DNA of 64,000 bases from Candidatus Latescibacterota bacterium (GCA_965248265.1 CBDFJF010000001.1:1312001-1376000), one strand, 5' to 3'; shown: positions 48,618 to 58,849, numbered from the stretch's first letter. Program-made: numbers and translations. The notes: generated by a model from the letters alone, not told the origin.

Positions 48618-49856
48618 TTACCCAACACCGAGGGCGGCGTCGATCTCGGCCTGGTACTCGTAGACCTCGCAGCTTTCCACTTCGCTCATTTTCACCGCCC
48701 TGCCCGCGACCGCCGACTCGAACACCGCGTAGAGAGCGGCCACGTCTTTAAGTCCGCAGGCCCCGTCTACCTCCACCGGTCGCCCGTTGAGGACCGCCTC
48801 CCCCATCTCGTGCAGTTCGTAGGCGATCAGTTTGATGTCCACCTTGGGATCCGTGTCGGTGACACCGGTGGGGAACAGGTGCTGCGTCAGCGGATCCAGA
48901 ACCAGATCCGGATGGGCGGCCAGCAGATCCTCCTGTTCCATCTTCTTCTCACCCCGGCGCTCCAGGCTGACGCGGCTGCCCCTGTTACCGAATCCGTCGA
49001 TCGTGCCGCGGTCGCCGAGGATGAGGTTGCCGGTACTGGTGCCGTGACCGCTGACGGCGACGATGAAGTTGAGGACGACGCCGCTCTCCATCTTGAACAG
49101 GGCTTGCGTGGTGTCTTCGGCCGAGGCTTCGATTTCCTCATCCATGGCCGCGAACCGCTTTTTGTAGAATTGGTAGCCCAGGGACATCGACTCTGACTTG
49201 CGGCGCACCGGCTCTACCATTCTCGCATCTCCGTACACCTCGGCGATGTCACCCAACTGATGGCGGATCATGTGGGTGAAGTGCACCGCCAGATCCAGAA
49301 TGAAGCCGCCGCGCTCCTTGTGATGGCGCCAGGGCGTGATGAAAATTTTGTCTCCAGCTTCCAGGCTGTGGCACAGGGCCATGTACACCTTGCCGATCTC
49401 ACCCGTCTCCAGCAGATGGCGCACCATCCGCGCGGATGGGTCCCGGCGGAAGTTCTCCGCCACCGAGACAATCCGGTCGTTGCGCTCGGCCGCGTCCACT
49501 ATCATCTGGCAGGTGCGCACGGTGATGGCCATCGGTTTTTCGACCAGGACATGCAGCCCCAGATCCAGGGCCTGGCAGACCACTTCGTGATGCACCGACG
49601 GGTCGGTCACCACATCCACGGCCGCCAGGTTGTCGGTTTCCCGGGCCATTTCTTCCAGGTCAGTAAATACCTGTGGCCGGACACCCAGCAACTCCTCAGC
49701 CTCTTTGGCCGCCATCTCCACGTTTTCGCGTCGGATATCACACAGCGCGGCCAGCTCCACGTTGGCGAACGGAGACTCGGTCAATTCTTTCAATCCGTGG
49801 AGGTGCCGCGTGCCCATGCCACCGCACCCCACCAGTCCCAGACGAAGCTTTTCCAT
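48618..49856 (-). CDS. Gfo/Idh/MocA family oxidoreductase
   Basis: GLVGCGGMG, HVLVEKPMA, GGFILDLAVH. Confidence 0.92.
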   Translation of the reverse strand: MEKLRLGLVGCGGMGTRHLHGLKELTESPFANVELAALCDIRRENVEMAAKEAEELLGVRPQVFTDLEEMARETDNLAAVDVVTDPSVHHEVVCQALDLGLHVLVEKPMAITVRTCQMIVDAAERNDRIVSVAENFRRDPSARMVRHLLETGEIGKVYMALCHSLEAGDKIFITPWRHHKERGGFILDLAVHFTHMIRHQLGDIAEVYGDARMVEPVRRKSESMSLGYQFYKKRFAAMDEEIEASAEDTTQALFKMESGVVLNFIVAVSGHGTSTGNLILGDRGTIDGFGNRGSRVSLERRGEKKMEQEDLLAAHPDLVLDPLTQHLFPTGVTDTDPKVDIKLIAYELHEMGEAVLNGRPVEVDGACGLKDVAALYAVFESAVAGRAVKMSEVESCEVYEYQAEIDAALGVG

Positions 49857-49860
49857 GTCG

Positions 49861-50379
49861 TCAGCCCTGCCAGCCCGGATGGTTGTCCATGTCCGGCTCG
49901 AGGGCCAGGCCTCGGTCCTCGTCGAAGTGCACGTCTATCGAGTGGGCGTCGTACTCCTGGTCACCACGGGCGGTCATGTAGACCTCGTCCCCTTTCAAGC
50001 AAACGGGCATGGTGTGCCAGACTCCCAGGTCCATGCAGATGCCCAGACTTCCATCGGTATAGAACGCGCGCAGGTCTTCCGGCTCGATCATGGGCTGAAC
50101 CGGCGCCACCCAGAACACGGTCGGACAGTGCCGGCTCGGATAGAACGACTGTCCTGCGTCGTCGTGGCAGGCGAAGTGGGCTCGCAAACGGCCCTCACTC
50201 AGCAATAGCTTCGCTGGCAGCGGATCGGGAATATCACCGGTGACTTCGTAAGCGTTCTCCAGCAGGGCACCCACCACCACTTCGGGCTTGGCCTCGTCGA
50301 AGGTGGCGATCGCCTTGCCGAAGGGCGCGAAGGATTCCCTGGTGAGTTCCTCGACCTTGACCTTGAGAACTTTCAGCAT
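49861..50379 (-). CDS. Ureidoglycolate lyase (AllA)-like cupin (copy 1)
   Basis: VEELTRESFAPFG, HDDAGQSFYP, LGVWHTMP; paralog of 47221..47769. Confidence 0.72.
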   Translation of the reverse strand: MLKVLKVKVEELTRESFAPFGKAIATFDEAKPEVVVGALLENAYEVTGDIPDPLPAKLLLSEGRLRAHFACHDDAGQSFYPSRHCPTVFWVAPVQPMIEPEDLRAFYTDGSLGICMDLGVWHTMPVCLKGDEVYMTARGDQEYDAHSIDVHFDEDRGLALEPDMDNHPGWQG

Positions 50380-50410
50380 GCCTGGCTCCCTGATTTTCCT
50401 CGTGATTTTG

Positions 50411-51472
50411 CTATGGTTTATTGCCCCGGCGGTTATCCATTGTCCGCGGGGTCAGATCGAAGAGCGTATCATGGCCGTTGAAGAAGCGCTCGAACTCATC
50501 GACCATGAGTTTGAACATCTGCGTGTAGCTGGAGGCCAGGACGCCCGCGATGTGCGGGCTCAGAAACACATTTTCCAACCGGGTGATCTCGTGGTCGCCG
50601 ACGGGCTCGGGATTGAAAACGTCCAATCCGGCGACCAGGCCGCCGCGTTTGAGCCGCGCCACGAGTGCGTCCGAGTCCACCACCGTACCCCGCGACACGT
50701 TGACTAAGACCCGGCCATCCGGGATCATGTCGAGCTCCCGCCGACCGATCATGCCGTCGGTGGCGGGAGTCTGTGGCACCAGCAAGACGATCACGTCGCA
50801 CTGGGTCAAAACGTTATCGAGCGAGGTCTTGAGAAAACCGACCGCGTCGGCCATCTCCGATCCCAGGTAGGGATCGTGGACCCAGACTTCCGTGTCGAAG
50901 GGTCGCAGCATCTGGATGAGCCGCCGGCCGATGTGACCGCAGCCGATCAGGCCGACCCGTTTGCCCGTCAATTCCCCATCCAAATAGCCCCGGTCGGTCC
51001 TGTCCGTGTACGACTCCATCCTGCCGGAGATGAGGCGGCGAAAATGCTGTCCCGCGTTGCGCAACGAAATGATGATGAGCGCCAACGCCCATTCCGCCAC
51101 CGGATAGGAGGAGCCGTTGGTCGTATCCACTGTGCGGATGCCCCGCTCCCAGGCCGCTTCCACGTCGATGCGGTTGGCGAAGCGATCACCCTCGAGCTCG
51201 CCGATGATTTTCAAACCGGGAGCCAGGTCCATCAGTCCGCTGTCGACGGGGGGAACACCGGAGGAAACGATCAGCCCGTTCAAATCGGGGAGACGCTCAC
51301 CGAGCCGGGCCACATCCTCGTCCTCTTGAACTTCGTAGATACCCCCCACCTCACACTCAAACAGATCCAGGTCGACGAAGCCCTTCAGACGCTCCAGTTC
51401 CCCAGCGTCCAGGTACTTCTCACGCACCTCGGCGTTTGAGGCTATCAGAACTTTGGGTCGGGCATCCCCCAT
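50411..51472 (-). CDS. D-isomer-specific 2-hydroxyacid dehydrogenase
   Basis: VGLIGCGHIG, NVSRG, LDVFNPEP, SPHIAG. Confidence 0.9.
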   Translation of the reverse strand: MGDARPKVLIASNAEVREKYLDAGELERLKGFVDLDLFECEVGGIYEVQEDEDVARLGERLPDLNGLIVSSGVPPVDSGLMDLAPGLKIIGELEGDRFANRIDVEAAWERGIRTVDTTNGSSYPVAEWALALIIISLRNAGQHFRRLISGRMESYTDRTDRGYLDGELTGKRVGLIGCGHIGRRLIQMLRPFDTEVWVHDPYLGSEMADAVGFLKTSLDNVLTQCDVIVLLVPQTPATDGMIGRRELDMIPDGRVLVNVSRGTVVDSDALVARLKRGGLVAGLDVFNPEPVGDHEITRLENVFLSPHIAGVLASSYTQMFKLMVDEFERFFNGHDTLFDLTPRTMDNRRGNKP

Positions 51473-51622
51473 AGCGGTCTATATGGCCTATACATAATTG
51501 ATTAGGCGGCGATGCTGTTGGTGTTGATCTGATCTTCGGTGATCTATACAACTCTATTCATGACCTGGGCGCAATCCGTGCTCGACACGCCGGCTTCCCA
51601 TTCTCGGGCCTTAGCTCCAGGC

Positions 51623-53563
51623 TCAAGGGTTTTGCTGGAACCGCAGGAGCTTGCCACCGCCGGCCACCAGGTTTATCTGGGCCCGCGCCCCGTCGGCAAC
51701 CGGCTGCCACTGCCGTGCCTGAGGGTCGAACTCTTCCAATGCTGCCGCGCCGACTACCGTCGTCGTGATCGGCTGCCCGTGGTCCATGTTCACGACCAGG
51801 GCGTGTGAAACCTCGTCGGTGGAACCGAAGTAGCCCCACAGGACACCCTTGTCCTGCTCTGGATTGAAGGGAGGATCCACCCTGAACGGAGCCTCGGCCG
51901 GCAGTACATCTATATGCCATCCCGCGACCCCGCGACCCGATAGGTACACGGCAAGGGAAGTCAGGGGCTGGAGCTGCTCGGCGACGGCGACGAACTCGGG
52001 ATGGATCTGACGCATCGCCTCACCCAGCGGGGTCAGCGGCGCCGCCACGTCAGCCTCGGCGCGCTCCGGCGTCCACTCGATGTCGTCGAACCCGGATACG
52101 CCGCCAAAAAAATCGGAGTAAGCCCAGTAGACGAAATGCATGATGCCCTGGCCGCCGTAGGCCAGGGTGGTATAGCCCAGGAACCTGCTCTCGTCGCCGT
52201 TGGGTATGCGGTGGGACGGACTCACGGAAGCAGCCTGTATGACGTTGATGAAGGGAATGCCTCCGTAGAGTGCCGCCTCGCGCACCAGGTGCAGGTTCAT
52301 GAAGTACTGATTGCCGTCGTCGTTGGTGTAGAGACCGTAGTGGTCGTAGCTGATCAGGTCCGGCTTGACGATGTCGACGTACTGACGCAGATGCTCCCGG
52401 TAGGCCTCGTCGGTACCGCCGGAGGTGCCGAGCGCGCCGGCGCCGGCGTAGGTAGGAAACAGGTTGATGTGGGCCAGGTGAATTGGATCGCGCTCTCGGA
52501 TGTAGGCCACCATCCTTGCGAACTCCGGGAAGCGGACGGCGCTCGGCTCGTCGGTGATGGCGTAGGAATACATGGCGGGATGATCCTTCACAGCGTCGAT
52601 GACCGCGTCGATCCTGGCCTTGGCTGCAGGGTCGTCCAGGTTGCTGGGCTCCCTCATATCCCAGACCAGCAGGTCCATCCGCAACCCGTGGGCATGGGCG
52701 ACGTCGAGGTCTTCGACCGTGGTTCCCCAGGCCAGGGTGAACCCTCCATCGACCAGCTTCTGGGCCATCCCGGGCGTGAATGGACCCCATCTGCCACCTC
52801 CACCCCCCGGACCGTGGTAGTAGCCGACGATGGGCGTGCCCATCTGCCAGATACTTTCACGGTTCTCGGGTTGTACGATAAAATCGATCACCGAGTCACC
52901 CTGAATCACGAGGCCGTCCTGTTCATAAGGCAGCAACCCTGGTCCGGTAATACTCACTCGATAGGTCGGCAGAACTTCCTGGAAGAACACCTTGCCTGCG
53001 GCTACCCCTGGTGTGGAACGTCCCATGGTCCCGTCGTTGAGAACCATCTTTCTGGATTGTTCACCAGAGCCGGCTGAAGTGAGTTTGTAGATGTATACGC
53101 CCGCCGCACTCCCCTGGCCTGAGTCGTCCAGGCCGTCCCAGGTGATCGAATGGGACCCCGCTTCCCGCCACGAATCGACCAGAGTGCGCACCTGCTGACC
53201 CAGACTGTTGTAAACTTCAACCCTTGCGTAACCGGCATCCGGGAGACTGTAAGTGATGACGGTGGATGAGTTGAACGGATTGGGATAATTCTGATGCAAC
53301 TCGAAGGACGAGGGCGTCGTTTCGTCCGCTATCACCGTGGGAATCAGAAGATCAATCCGATATCCACCCTCATCATCAGTAACATCACTGTGCCAATCAA
53401 AGGAATCGTTTTCGTTCGTGAAGGTGATCTCGGCCCCGGCGACCGGTTCGTCACGGGCGGTTTTGACGGTGCCCGAGACTACCATCGCGGCGTGCGCAGG
53501 AAGGACGTGCGAAGCCAGGACTAACAGCACGACCGCCAATCGGTTGCTGCGGATTACTCTCAT
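51623..53563 (-). CDS. Secreted GH-A-like hydrolase with a T9SS-type-A/FlgD-like domain nested in a carboxypeptidase-regulatory-like domain (copy 2)
   Basis: GGAGG RBS, ATG 53563; signal ending AHA; LHQNYPNPFN..WDGLDDSG..GVYIYKL..RKMVL; ITDEPS, ISYDHY, LAYGGQGIMHF. Confidence 0.82.
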   Translation of the reverse strand: MRVIRSNRLAVVLLVLASHVLPAHAAMVVSGTVKTARDEPVAGAEITFTNENDSFDWHSDVTDDEGGYRIDLLIPTVIADETTPSSFELHQNYPNPFNSSTVITYSLPDAGYARVEVYNSLGQQVRTLVDSWREAGSHSITWDGLDDSGQGSAAGVYIYKLTSAGSGEQSRKMVLNDGTMGRSTPGVAAGKVFFQEVLPTYRVSITGPGLLPYEQDGLVIQGDSVIDFIVQPENRESIWQMGTPIVGYYHGPGGGGGRWGPFTPGMAQKLVDGGFTLAWGTTVEDLDVAHAHGLRMDLLVWDMREPSNLDDPAAKARIDAVIDAVKDHPAMYSYAITDEPSAVRFPEFARMVAYIRERDPIHLAHINLFPTYAGAGALGTSGGTDEAYREHLRQYVDIVKPDLISYDHYGLYTNDDGNQYFMNLHLVREAALYGGIPFINVIQAASVSPSHRIPNGDESRFLGYTTLAYGGQGIMHFVYWAYSDFFGGVSGFDDIEWTPERAEADVAAPLTPLGEAMRQIHPEFVAVAEQLQPLTSLAVYLSGRGVAGWHIDVLPAEAPFRVDPPFNPEQDKGVLWGYFGSTDEVSHALVVNMDHGQPITTTVVGAAALEEFDPQARQWQPVADGARAQINLVAGGGKLLRFQQNP

Positions 53564-53646
53564 TGATTCCTCCAGTGTTCTTGCCTGCCGGCAACATGCC
53601 GCTGGGTTTCGATGTTTCGTTGCGGCCTCATCGATATGCGTGTGCA

Positions 53647-55653
53647 TCAACGCGCGGCCTGCAGGCGCAGCAACCTGCCACCGCCGGCCACCAGAGTCAC
53701 TTCCGCCCGCGACCCGTCCGAGACCGGGCGCCACTGCCGCGCCTGGGGATCGAACTCCTCCATGACTCCCGGGCCGACTATCGTCCTCGTGATCTCCTTC
53801 CCGTACTCCAGATTCACGACCAGCACGTGTGTGACCTCGTCCATAGACGAGTCCTCGTCCGTGAACGAGACCTCGCCGGTGGACGGGGAGAAGTAGCCCC
53901 AGAGGAGACCTTTTCTCCTGGTGCCAACCGTGAAAGGGGGATCGACCGTAAACGCAGCGTCGTCTGGCAGTTCATCGACAAACCCACCCGCTGGCTTTTG
54001 ACCTGTATGGTACACGGCGAGGGATGTCAGCGGCTGCAGCTGCTCGGCGACGGCGACGAACTCGGCGTGGTTTTGGCCCACCGCCTCGCCCAACGGAGTC
54101 AACGGCGCTGCCGCATCGGCTGCGGCACGCTCCTCCGTCCATTCGATGTCTTCGAATTCGGATATGCCTCCGTGGAAATCGGCGTAAGCCCAGTAGGTAA
54201 AATGCATGATGCCCTGACCGCCGTAGGCCAGCGTGGTGTAGCCCAGGTACCTGCTCTCGTCGCCTGTGGGCACGCGGTGGGTCTCGCTCAATGAAGCCGC
54301 TTGAATGACGTTGATGAAGGGAATGCCGCCGTAGAGAGCGGCCTCGCGTACCAGCGCCAGGTTCGTGAAGTACTGATTGCCGTCGTTGGTCGTGCGCAGG
54401 TTGTAGTGGTCATAGCTGATCAGGTCCGGCTTGACGATATCCACGAACTGACGCAGGTGCTCCCGGTAGGCTTCGATGAGGTCTCCGGACGTGCCCAGCG
54501 CCTCAGCACTGGCGTACGTCGGGAACAGGTTTATGTGCGATAAATGGGCGGGATCGCGCTCGCGGATGTACTCCACCAGCCTGGAGAACTCCGGAAATCT
54601 GACTGCGCTGGGCTCGTCGACGATTCTGTAGGAGTACAGGGCGGGATGGTCCTTCACCCTGTCGATGGCCGCGTCCATCGTCGCCTTGCGGTCCGGGTCG
54701 TCGAGGTAGCTGGGCTCTCTCAGGGCGTAATCGATCAAGTCCAGGCGTAATCCGTGCGCGTGGGCGACGTCGAGGTCTTCGACCGTGCTTCCCCAGGCCA
54801 GGGTAAACCCCCCGTCGACGAGCTTCTGGGCCATCCCGTGCGTCAGTGGACCCCATCGACCCCCTGCACCTCCGGGACCGTGGTAGTAGCCGACGATGGG
54901 AGTACCCAGCTGCCATTTGCGCTGCACGGTGAAATCGAGGACCGCGACTTCCCCCAGCACCAGGCCGCGCTGTTCGAATGGCACAATCCCCGGCTCGGTG
55001 ATGCTCACCCGATAGGTGGGCAGATCTTGCTGGACGACCACTTTGCCCATGGCTGTACCTGCTGGACCTGGTGCAGAAGGTCCTGCAGCCCCATCGCTGA
55101 GAACCATTTTTCTGGTTTTTTCACCAGAGCCGGCTGAAGTGAGTTTGTAGATGTATACGCCCGCCGCACTCCCCTGGCCAGAGTTATCCAGGCCGTCCCA
55201 GGTGATCGAATGAGACCCGGATTCCTGCCAGCCATCGACCAGGGTGCGCAACCGCTGTCCCAGATTGTTGTAGATCTCAACCCTGGTGTAACCGGGATCC
55301 GGGAGACTGTAGGTGATGACGGTGGAGGGGTTGAACGGATTCGGATAGTTCTGGTGCAACTGGAAAGACGAGGGCGTCGTTTCGTCTTCTGCTATCACTG
55401 TGGGAATTGGAGAATCAATCCGGTATCCACCCTCGTTGTCCGTGACATCACGGTACGCCTCAAATGGATCATCCTCGTTCGTGAAGGTGATCTCGGCCCC
55501 GGCAACGGGTTCATTGCCGGCCGTTTCCACGGTGCCCGAGACGACGATCCCGCCCCATACCGGAAGGCTGACCAGCCATACCAGAGCCTGGGACAGGAGA
55601 AATGGGCGGCAACATGGTTTTACCGAACGGTTATTGCAGATTGTCGTTCGCAT
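53647..55653 (-). CDS. Secreted GH-A-like hydrolase with nested T9SS-type-A/FlgD-like domain (copy 1)
   Basis: Colinear paralog of 51623..53563; LHQNYPNPFNPST, IVDEPS, ISYDHY. Confidence 0.82.
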   Translation of the reverse strand: MRTTICNNRSVKPCCRPFLLSQALVWLVSLPVWGGIVVSGTVETAGNEPVAGAEITFTNEDDPFEAYRDVTDNEGGYRIDSPIPTVIAEDETTPSSFQLHQNYPNPFNPSTVITYSLPDPGYTRVEIYNNLGQRLRTLVDGWQESGSHSITWDGLDNSGQGSAAGVYIYKLTSAGSGEKTRKMVLSDGAAGPSAPGPAGTAMGKVVVQQDLPTYRVSITEPGIVPFEQRGLVLGEVAVLDFTVQRKWQLGTPIVGYYHGPGGAGGRWGPLTHGMAQKLVDGGFTLAWGSTVEDLDVAHAHGLRLDLIDYALREPSYLDDPDRKATMDAAIDRVKDHPALYSYRIVDEPSAVRFPEFSRLVEYIRERDPAHLSHINLFPTYASAEALGTSGDLIEAYREHLRQFVDIVKPDLISYDHYNLRTTNDGNQYFTNLALVREAALYGGIPFINVIQAASLSETHRVPTGDESRYLGYTTLAYGGQGIMHFTYWAYADFHGGISEFEDIEWTEERAAADAAAPLTPLGEAVGQNHAEFVAVAEQLQPLTSLAVYHTGQKPAGGFVDELPDDAAFTVDPPFTVGTRRKGLLWGYFSPSTGEVSFTDEDSSMDEVTHVLVVNLEYGKEITRTIVGPGVMEEFDPQARQWRPVSDGSRAEVTLVAGGGRLLRLQAAR

Positions 55654-55699
55654 GAATTCTCTAATCTATACCAATCCGAGCTGATGCCCTATCATGTCA
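55648..55699. repeat. ~52-bp intergenic direct repeat, copy 1
   Basis: Core CCAATCCG[A/G]GCTGATGCCCTATC[A/G]TGTCA is 27/29 identical to 58939-58967, plus shared TCGCATGA.TTCTCT. Confidence 0.85.
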
Positions 55700-55745
55700 G
55701 ACGACTTGCCGGTTCATACACCCACCATATCAGGAGGAATAACCG

Positions 55746-56123
55746 ATGGCTAATCCATTCTGTCACATGGAACTCCAAACCGATGACGTCGACAAAGCGC
55801 GCGGCTTTTACAGCGAACTGTTCGATTGGGAGGTCGAAGAGCTGCCGATGGGCGAATTCACCTACACCATGATGAAACCAAACGTCGGTGACCCGCAGGT
55901 CATGGGCGGGATCACGCCGAAACAGGCCCCTGACGCGCCCAACCACTGGCTCTCCTACATCGCCGTTGAAGACGTTGACGCAACCCTGGCCAAGGCCAGA
56001 GATCTCGGCGGCAACGTGCTCGCCGACAAGATGGAGATCCCCGAGAACGGCTGGATGGGTGTCGTGCAGGATCCGACCGGCGCCGTGTTCGGCCTCTGGC
56101 AGGCGATGGAAGACGCCAGCTGA
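55746..56123 (+). CDS. VOC (glyoxalase/bleomycin resistance) family protein
   Basis: AGGAGG RBS; CHMELQTDDVDKARGFYSELFDW, WLSYIAVEDVD, DPTGAVFGLWQ. Confidence 0.92.
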   Translation: MANPFCHMELQTDDVDKARGFYSELFDWEVEELPMGEFTYTMMKPNVGDPQVMGGITPKQAPDAPNHWLSYIAVEDVDATLAKARDLGGNVLADKMEIPENGWMGVVQDPTGAVFGLWQAMEDAS

Positions 56124-56349
56124 TTGTTTCAAACACACACGCCCCGGGGTGCCGCCAGCCCCGGGGCTTCCCAATGTACAGGTGTCACAGGGGGCGCCCG
56201 CATCCCGAAAAGACGTGGTTCTTACGGGTCGATGACGAAATCGTGACAAAGCGAGCGGCGAAACAGGCATCTCACTGCCACTGGTGGCTCACGTGAAGCG
56301 CTGCAATCGCCAGACAAGCACGCATGCGAATGACTGATCGCCGCTGCTG

Positions 56350-57969
56350 ATGCCCGTCATCGTCGACATCGGCAGCCGCCGACAGCTTCTCCTGGACGAC
56401 CACGTGATAGAGCGAACGGAGGGGGCGCAGCGCCGATTGCACCGACCAAGGCGCTACGGCCATGTGCCTCTGCTCGAGGCCGACCGGCCGTGGGAGCAGG
56501 GCGGTAACGGCGTGTCGCTGCTGGGCGGGACGGTGCTGTACGACGAGGAGGAGTGCACGTTCAGGATGTGGTACCGCAATTCCCGCGTCGTAAGGACCAA
56601 CGCGGGCTACGAGACCCCACACACCAGAGGTTACACCTCGTGCTACGCCGTCTCAGAGGACGGTCTGAACTGGGAGAAGCCCGACATCGGTCAGGTCGAT
56701 TTCGAGGGCTCGACACGCAACAACATCCTACCTCCTGGCATCGGGGGCAGCGCATTCATCAGACGCCCCAACCTGATCGTCGACTACGAGGACTCCGACC
56801 CCGGCAGACGCTACAAGATGGCCTACATGGACGAGGTCGGCGGCCGCTGGGCGCTCTCCCAGGGCTACTCCGCCGACGGCATACGATGGCAGATGAACGC
56901 GGGGACACCCACATACTTCCAGCCGCCCATCATTCCCAACGGGGTGCTGTTCGGTTGGGACCCCAACTGCCAGCGCCATGTCTTCTTTCACCGGACCTTC
57001 ACACGGGTGCCGGCCGACGTCGACGGGCGCACCGTACGGCGCGACGGGGCGCTCGTGCGCTCCACCAGTGTGGACTTCGATGGGTGGGGGGACACACAAC
57101 AGATCATCGGCAGGTCCGATACAGACCCGCCCGGTTGGGAGCCCGGTCACCTCGGCGTGCTTGCCGCGCTCGCGTACACCGAGGAGATTTACGTCGGCTT
57201 CCTGGACGTCTGCACCGCCTACCATGTGGAGGACGTGCCGGAAGAGCTGTGGAGCACGGTCTACCAGGACGAGCATGCCGAGCATCACACGGAGCTGCTG
57301 GTCAGCCGCGACGGACTGCGATGGGATCGGGTAGCGCCCCAATGGGAGTTCCTGCGGCCCGGACTGTCGGGCACATGGGACGACACGATCGTCGCCGTGG
57401 CCAAACCCGTCGTATGGAAGGACGAGATCCTGCTGTACTACACCGGTCGGAACCTGCCCTGCGGGGCCCAACTGCCCGATCATCCGCAAAGCGGCCTGTT
57501 GAACAAGGTCATCGACGGCCGCCGCATGGGTTACGCGATCGGTCTGGCGCGGATGCGCCTCGACGGCTTCGCGTCGATCGAGGCCTACGAGGATGGCGGG
57601 ACCATGACGACCAGGCCCATGCGCTTCACTGGCGACCGGCTGTACATCAACGCGCGAGCGCCGCAGCGACCGTTCGGCGCCGCGGCATCACCCTCGGATC
57701 CGTGGGGCAGCGTCAGGGTAGAACTCCTGGATGTCGATGAGCGACCGGTAGATTCCTACGGCTGTTCCGAGTGCGAACCCTGGACGGGTGACGAGGTGCG
57801 CGACGAGATCACGTGGATGAGCCGTCCCGATCTGAGACGTTTGAGCGGCCAGCCGGTGCGCCTGAGGTTTCACCTGCGCAACGCCGCGTTGTATTCGTTC
57901 CAGTTTGCCGACGCGAGGCCGTCGCCCGTGAGTATCCCAGCACCCGGTAGCCGCGGTGGTGGCGCCTGA
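56350..57969 (+). CDS. GH32/GH43-like five-bladed beta-propeller protein with C-terminal beta-sandwich
   Basis: FRMWY, SEDGLNWEKP, RYKM, SADGIRW, SRDGLRW, LYYTG, RLDGFAS; no signal peptide. Confidence 0.75.
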   Translation: MPVIVDIGSRRQLLLDDHVIERTEGAQRRLHRPRRYGHVPLLEADRPWEQGGNGVSLLGGTVLYDEEECTFRMWYRNSRVVRTNAGYETPHTRGYTSCYAVSEDGLNWEKPDIGQVDFEGSTRNNILPPGIGGSAFIRRPNLIVDYEDSDPGRRYKMAYMDEVGGRWALSQGYSADGIRWQMNAGTPTYFQPPIIPNGVLFGWDPNCQRHVFFHRTFTRVPADVDGRTVRRDGALVRSTSVDFDGWGDTQQIIGRSDTDPPGWEPGHLGVLAALAYTEEIYVGFLDVCTAYHVEDVPEELWSTVYQDEHAEHHTELLVSRDGLRWDRVAPQWEFLRPGLSGTWDDTIVAVAKPVVWKDEILLYYTGRNLPCGAQLPDHPQSGLLNKVIDGRRMGYAIGLARMRLDGFASIEAYEDGGTMTTRPMRFTGDRLYINARAPQRPFGAAASPSDPWGSVRVELLDVDERPVDSYGCSECEPWTGDEVRDEITWMSRPDLRRLSGQPVRLRFHLRNAALYSFQFADARPSPVSIPAPGSRGGGA

Positions 57970-57997
57970 CTGAAGAGAATTGGACTTTGAGGATTAT

Positions 57998-58849
57998 ATG
58001 GCGGAGAAAAAAATTGATATGGTGACGGAAGAGCAAATCAGATTCTTCGATGAAGAAGGTTATCTAAACTATGGCAGGGTCTTTGAGCAACGCGAAGTCG
58101 AAGGGCTCCTCGATGCCATGGATCGGATCGTTCGTATCGAGCTGGAGGGAGGAGATGACTCTTCGTGTGAGTTCCAAACGGGACATCGGCGCACGATCAA
58201 AGAGGCCCATGAGGAGGTCCGCACGCTTACCCAATACGTCAACGTTTGGAAGCGGGACAAGGCATACGACCGAGCGATTCGCAGTCCCCTGATCACCGGA
58301 ATTGTCAAGGCTCTGCTGAAGACGCGGGAGGTTCGTCTATGGCACGACCACATCATCTCCAAGCCCCCACAGGACAACGCCCATTTCAAGTTCCACCAGG
58401 ATTTTTACAATTGGCCTCTATCCGAACCGAACATCTTGAGCTGCTGGATCGCCCTGGATGACGCCACCGTCGACAACGGCTGCATGCATGTGATCCCCGG
58501 CAGCCACCGCGACCCGCGTTTCTCTCCCGCGGCCAAGAACAAGGAGCTCAAGGCGTTGGAGCGTGATCCCAATCTCAGGACGGAGAGGATGGAGATGCAG
58601 GAAAGCCCAGCCAGCGCCGGAGTACCGGTCGAGTTGAAGTCGGGGGAGTGCATGTTCCACCACTGTCTCAACTTTCACGCGACCCCACAGAACACGACCG
58701 ATCGCCAGCGTCGAGCCTTCGTGATCATCTACGTAGGCAAAGGGGTCGCATTCTCTTTGGCCCAGGCAGCAGGCCATGTCCTGGTGCCGACTATCCCGGT
58801 TCAAGAAGGAGAACCCCTCGAGGGTGAAGGTTTTCCACTAGTGGCCTGA
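57998..58849 (+). CDS. Phytanoyl-CoA dioxygenase (PhyH) family Fe/2OG oxygenase
   Basis: FHQD, CWIALDDATVDNGCM, IPGSH, NFHATPQN..RRA. Confidence 0.92.
   Translation: MAEKKIDMVTEEQIRFFDEEGYLNYGRVFEQREVEGLLDAMDRIVRIELEGGDDSSCEFQTGHRRTIKEAHEEVRTLTQYVNVWKRDKAYDRAIRSPLITGIVKALLKTREVRLWHDHIISKPPQDNAHFKFHQDFYNWPLSEPNILSCWIALDDATVDNGCMHVIPGSHRDPRFSPAAKNKELKALERDPNLRTERMEMQESPASAGVPVELKSGECMFHHCLNFHATPQNTTDRQRRAFVIIYVGKGVAFSLAQAAGHVLVPTIPVQEGEPLEGEGFPLVA

Noticed and set aside
53564-53734. N-terminal ORF extensions in the track (also 17961-18065, 19993-20073, 24261-24341, 43954-43992)
   Set aside because: Downstream starts have a better RBS, signal peptide or domain start; some extensions overlap neighbours
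56141-56167. GC-rich hairpin after the VOC gene
   Set aside because: 9-bp stem without a convincing U-tract; not called as a terminator
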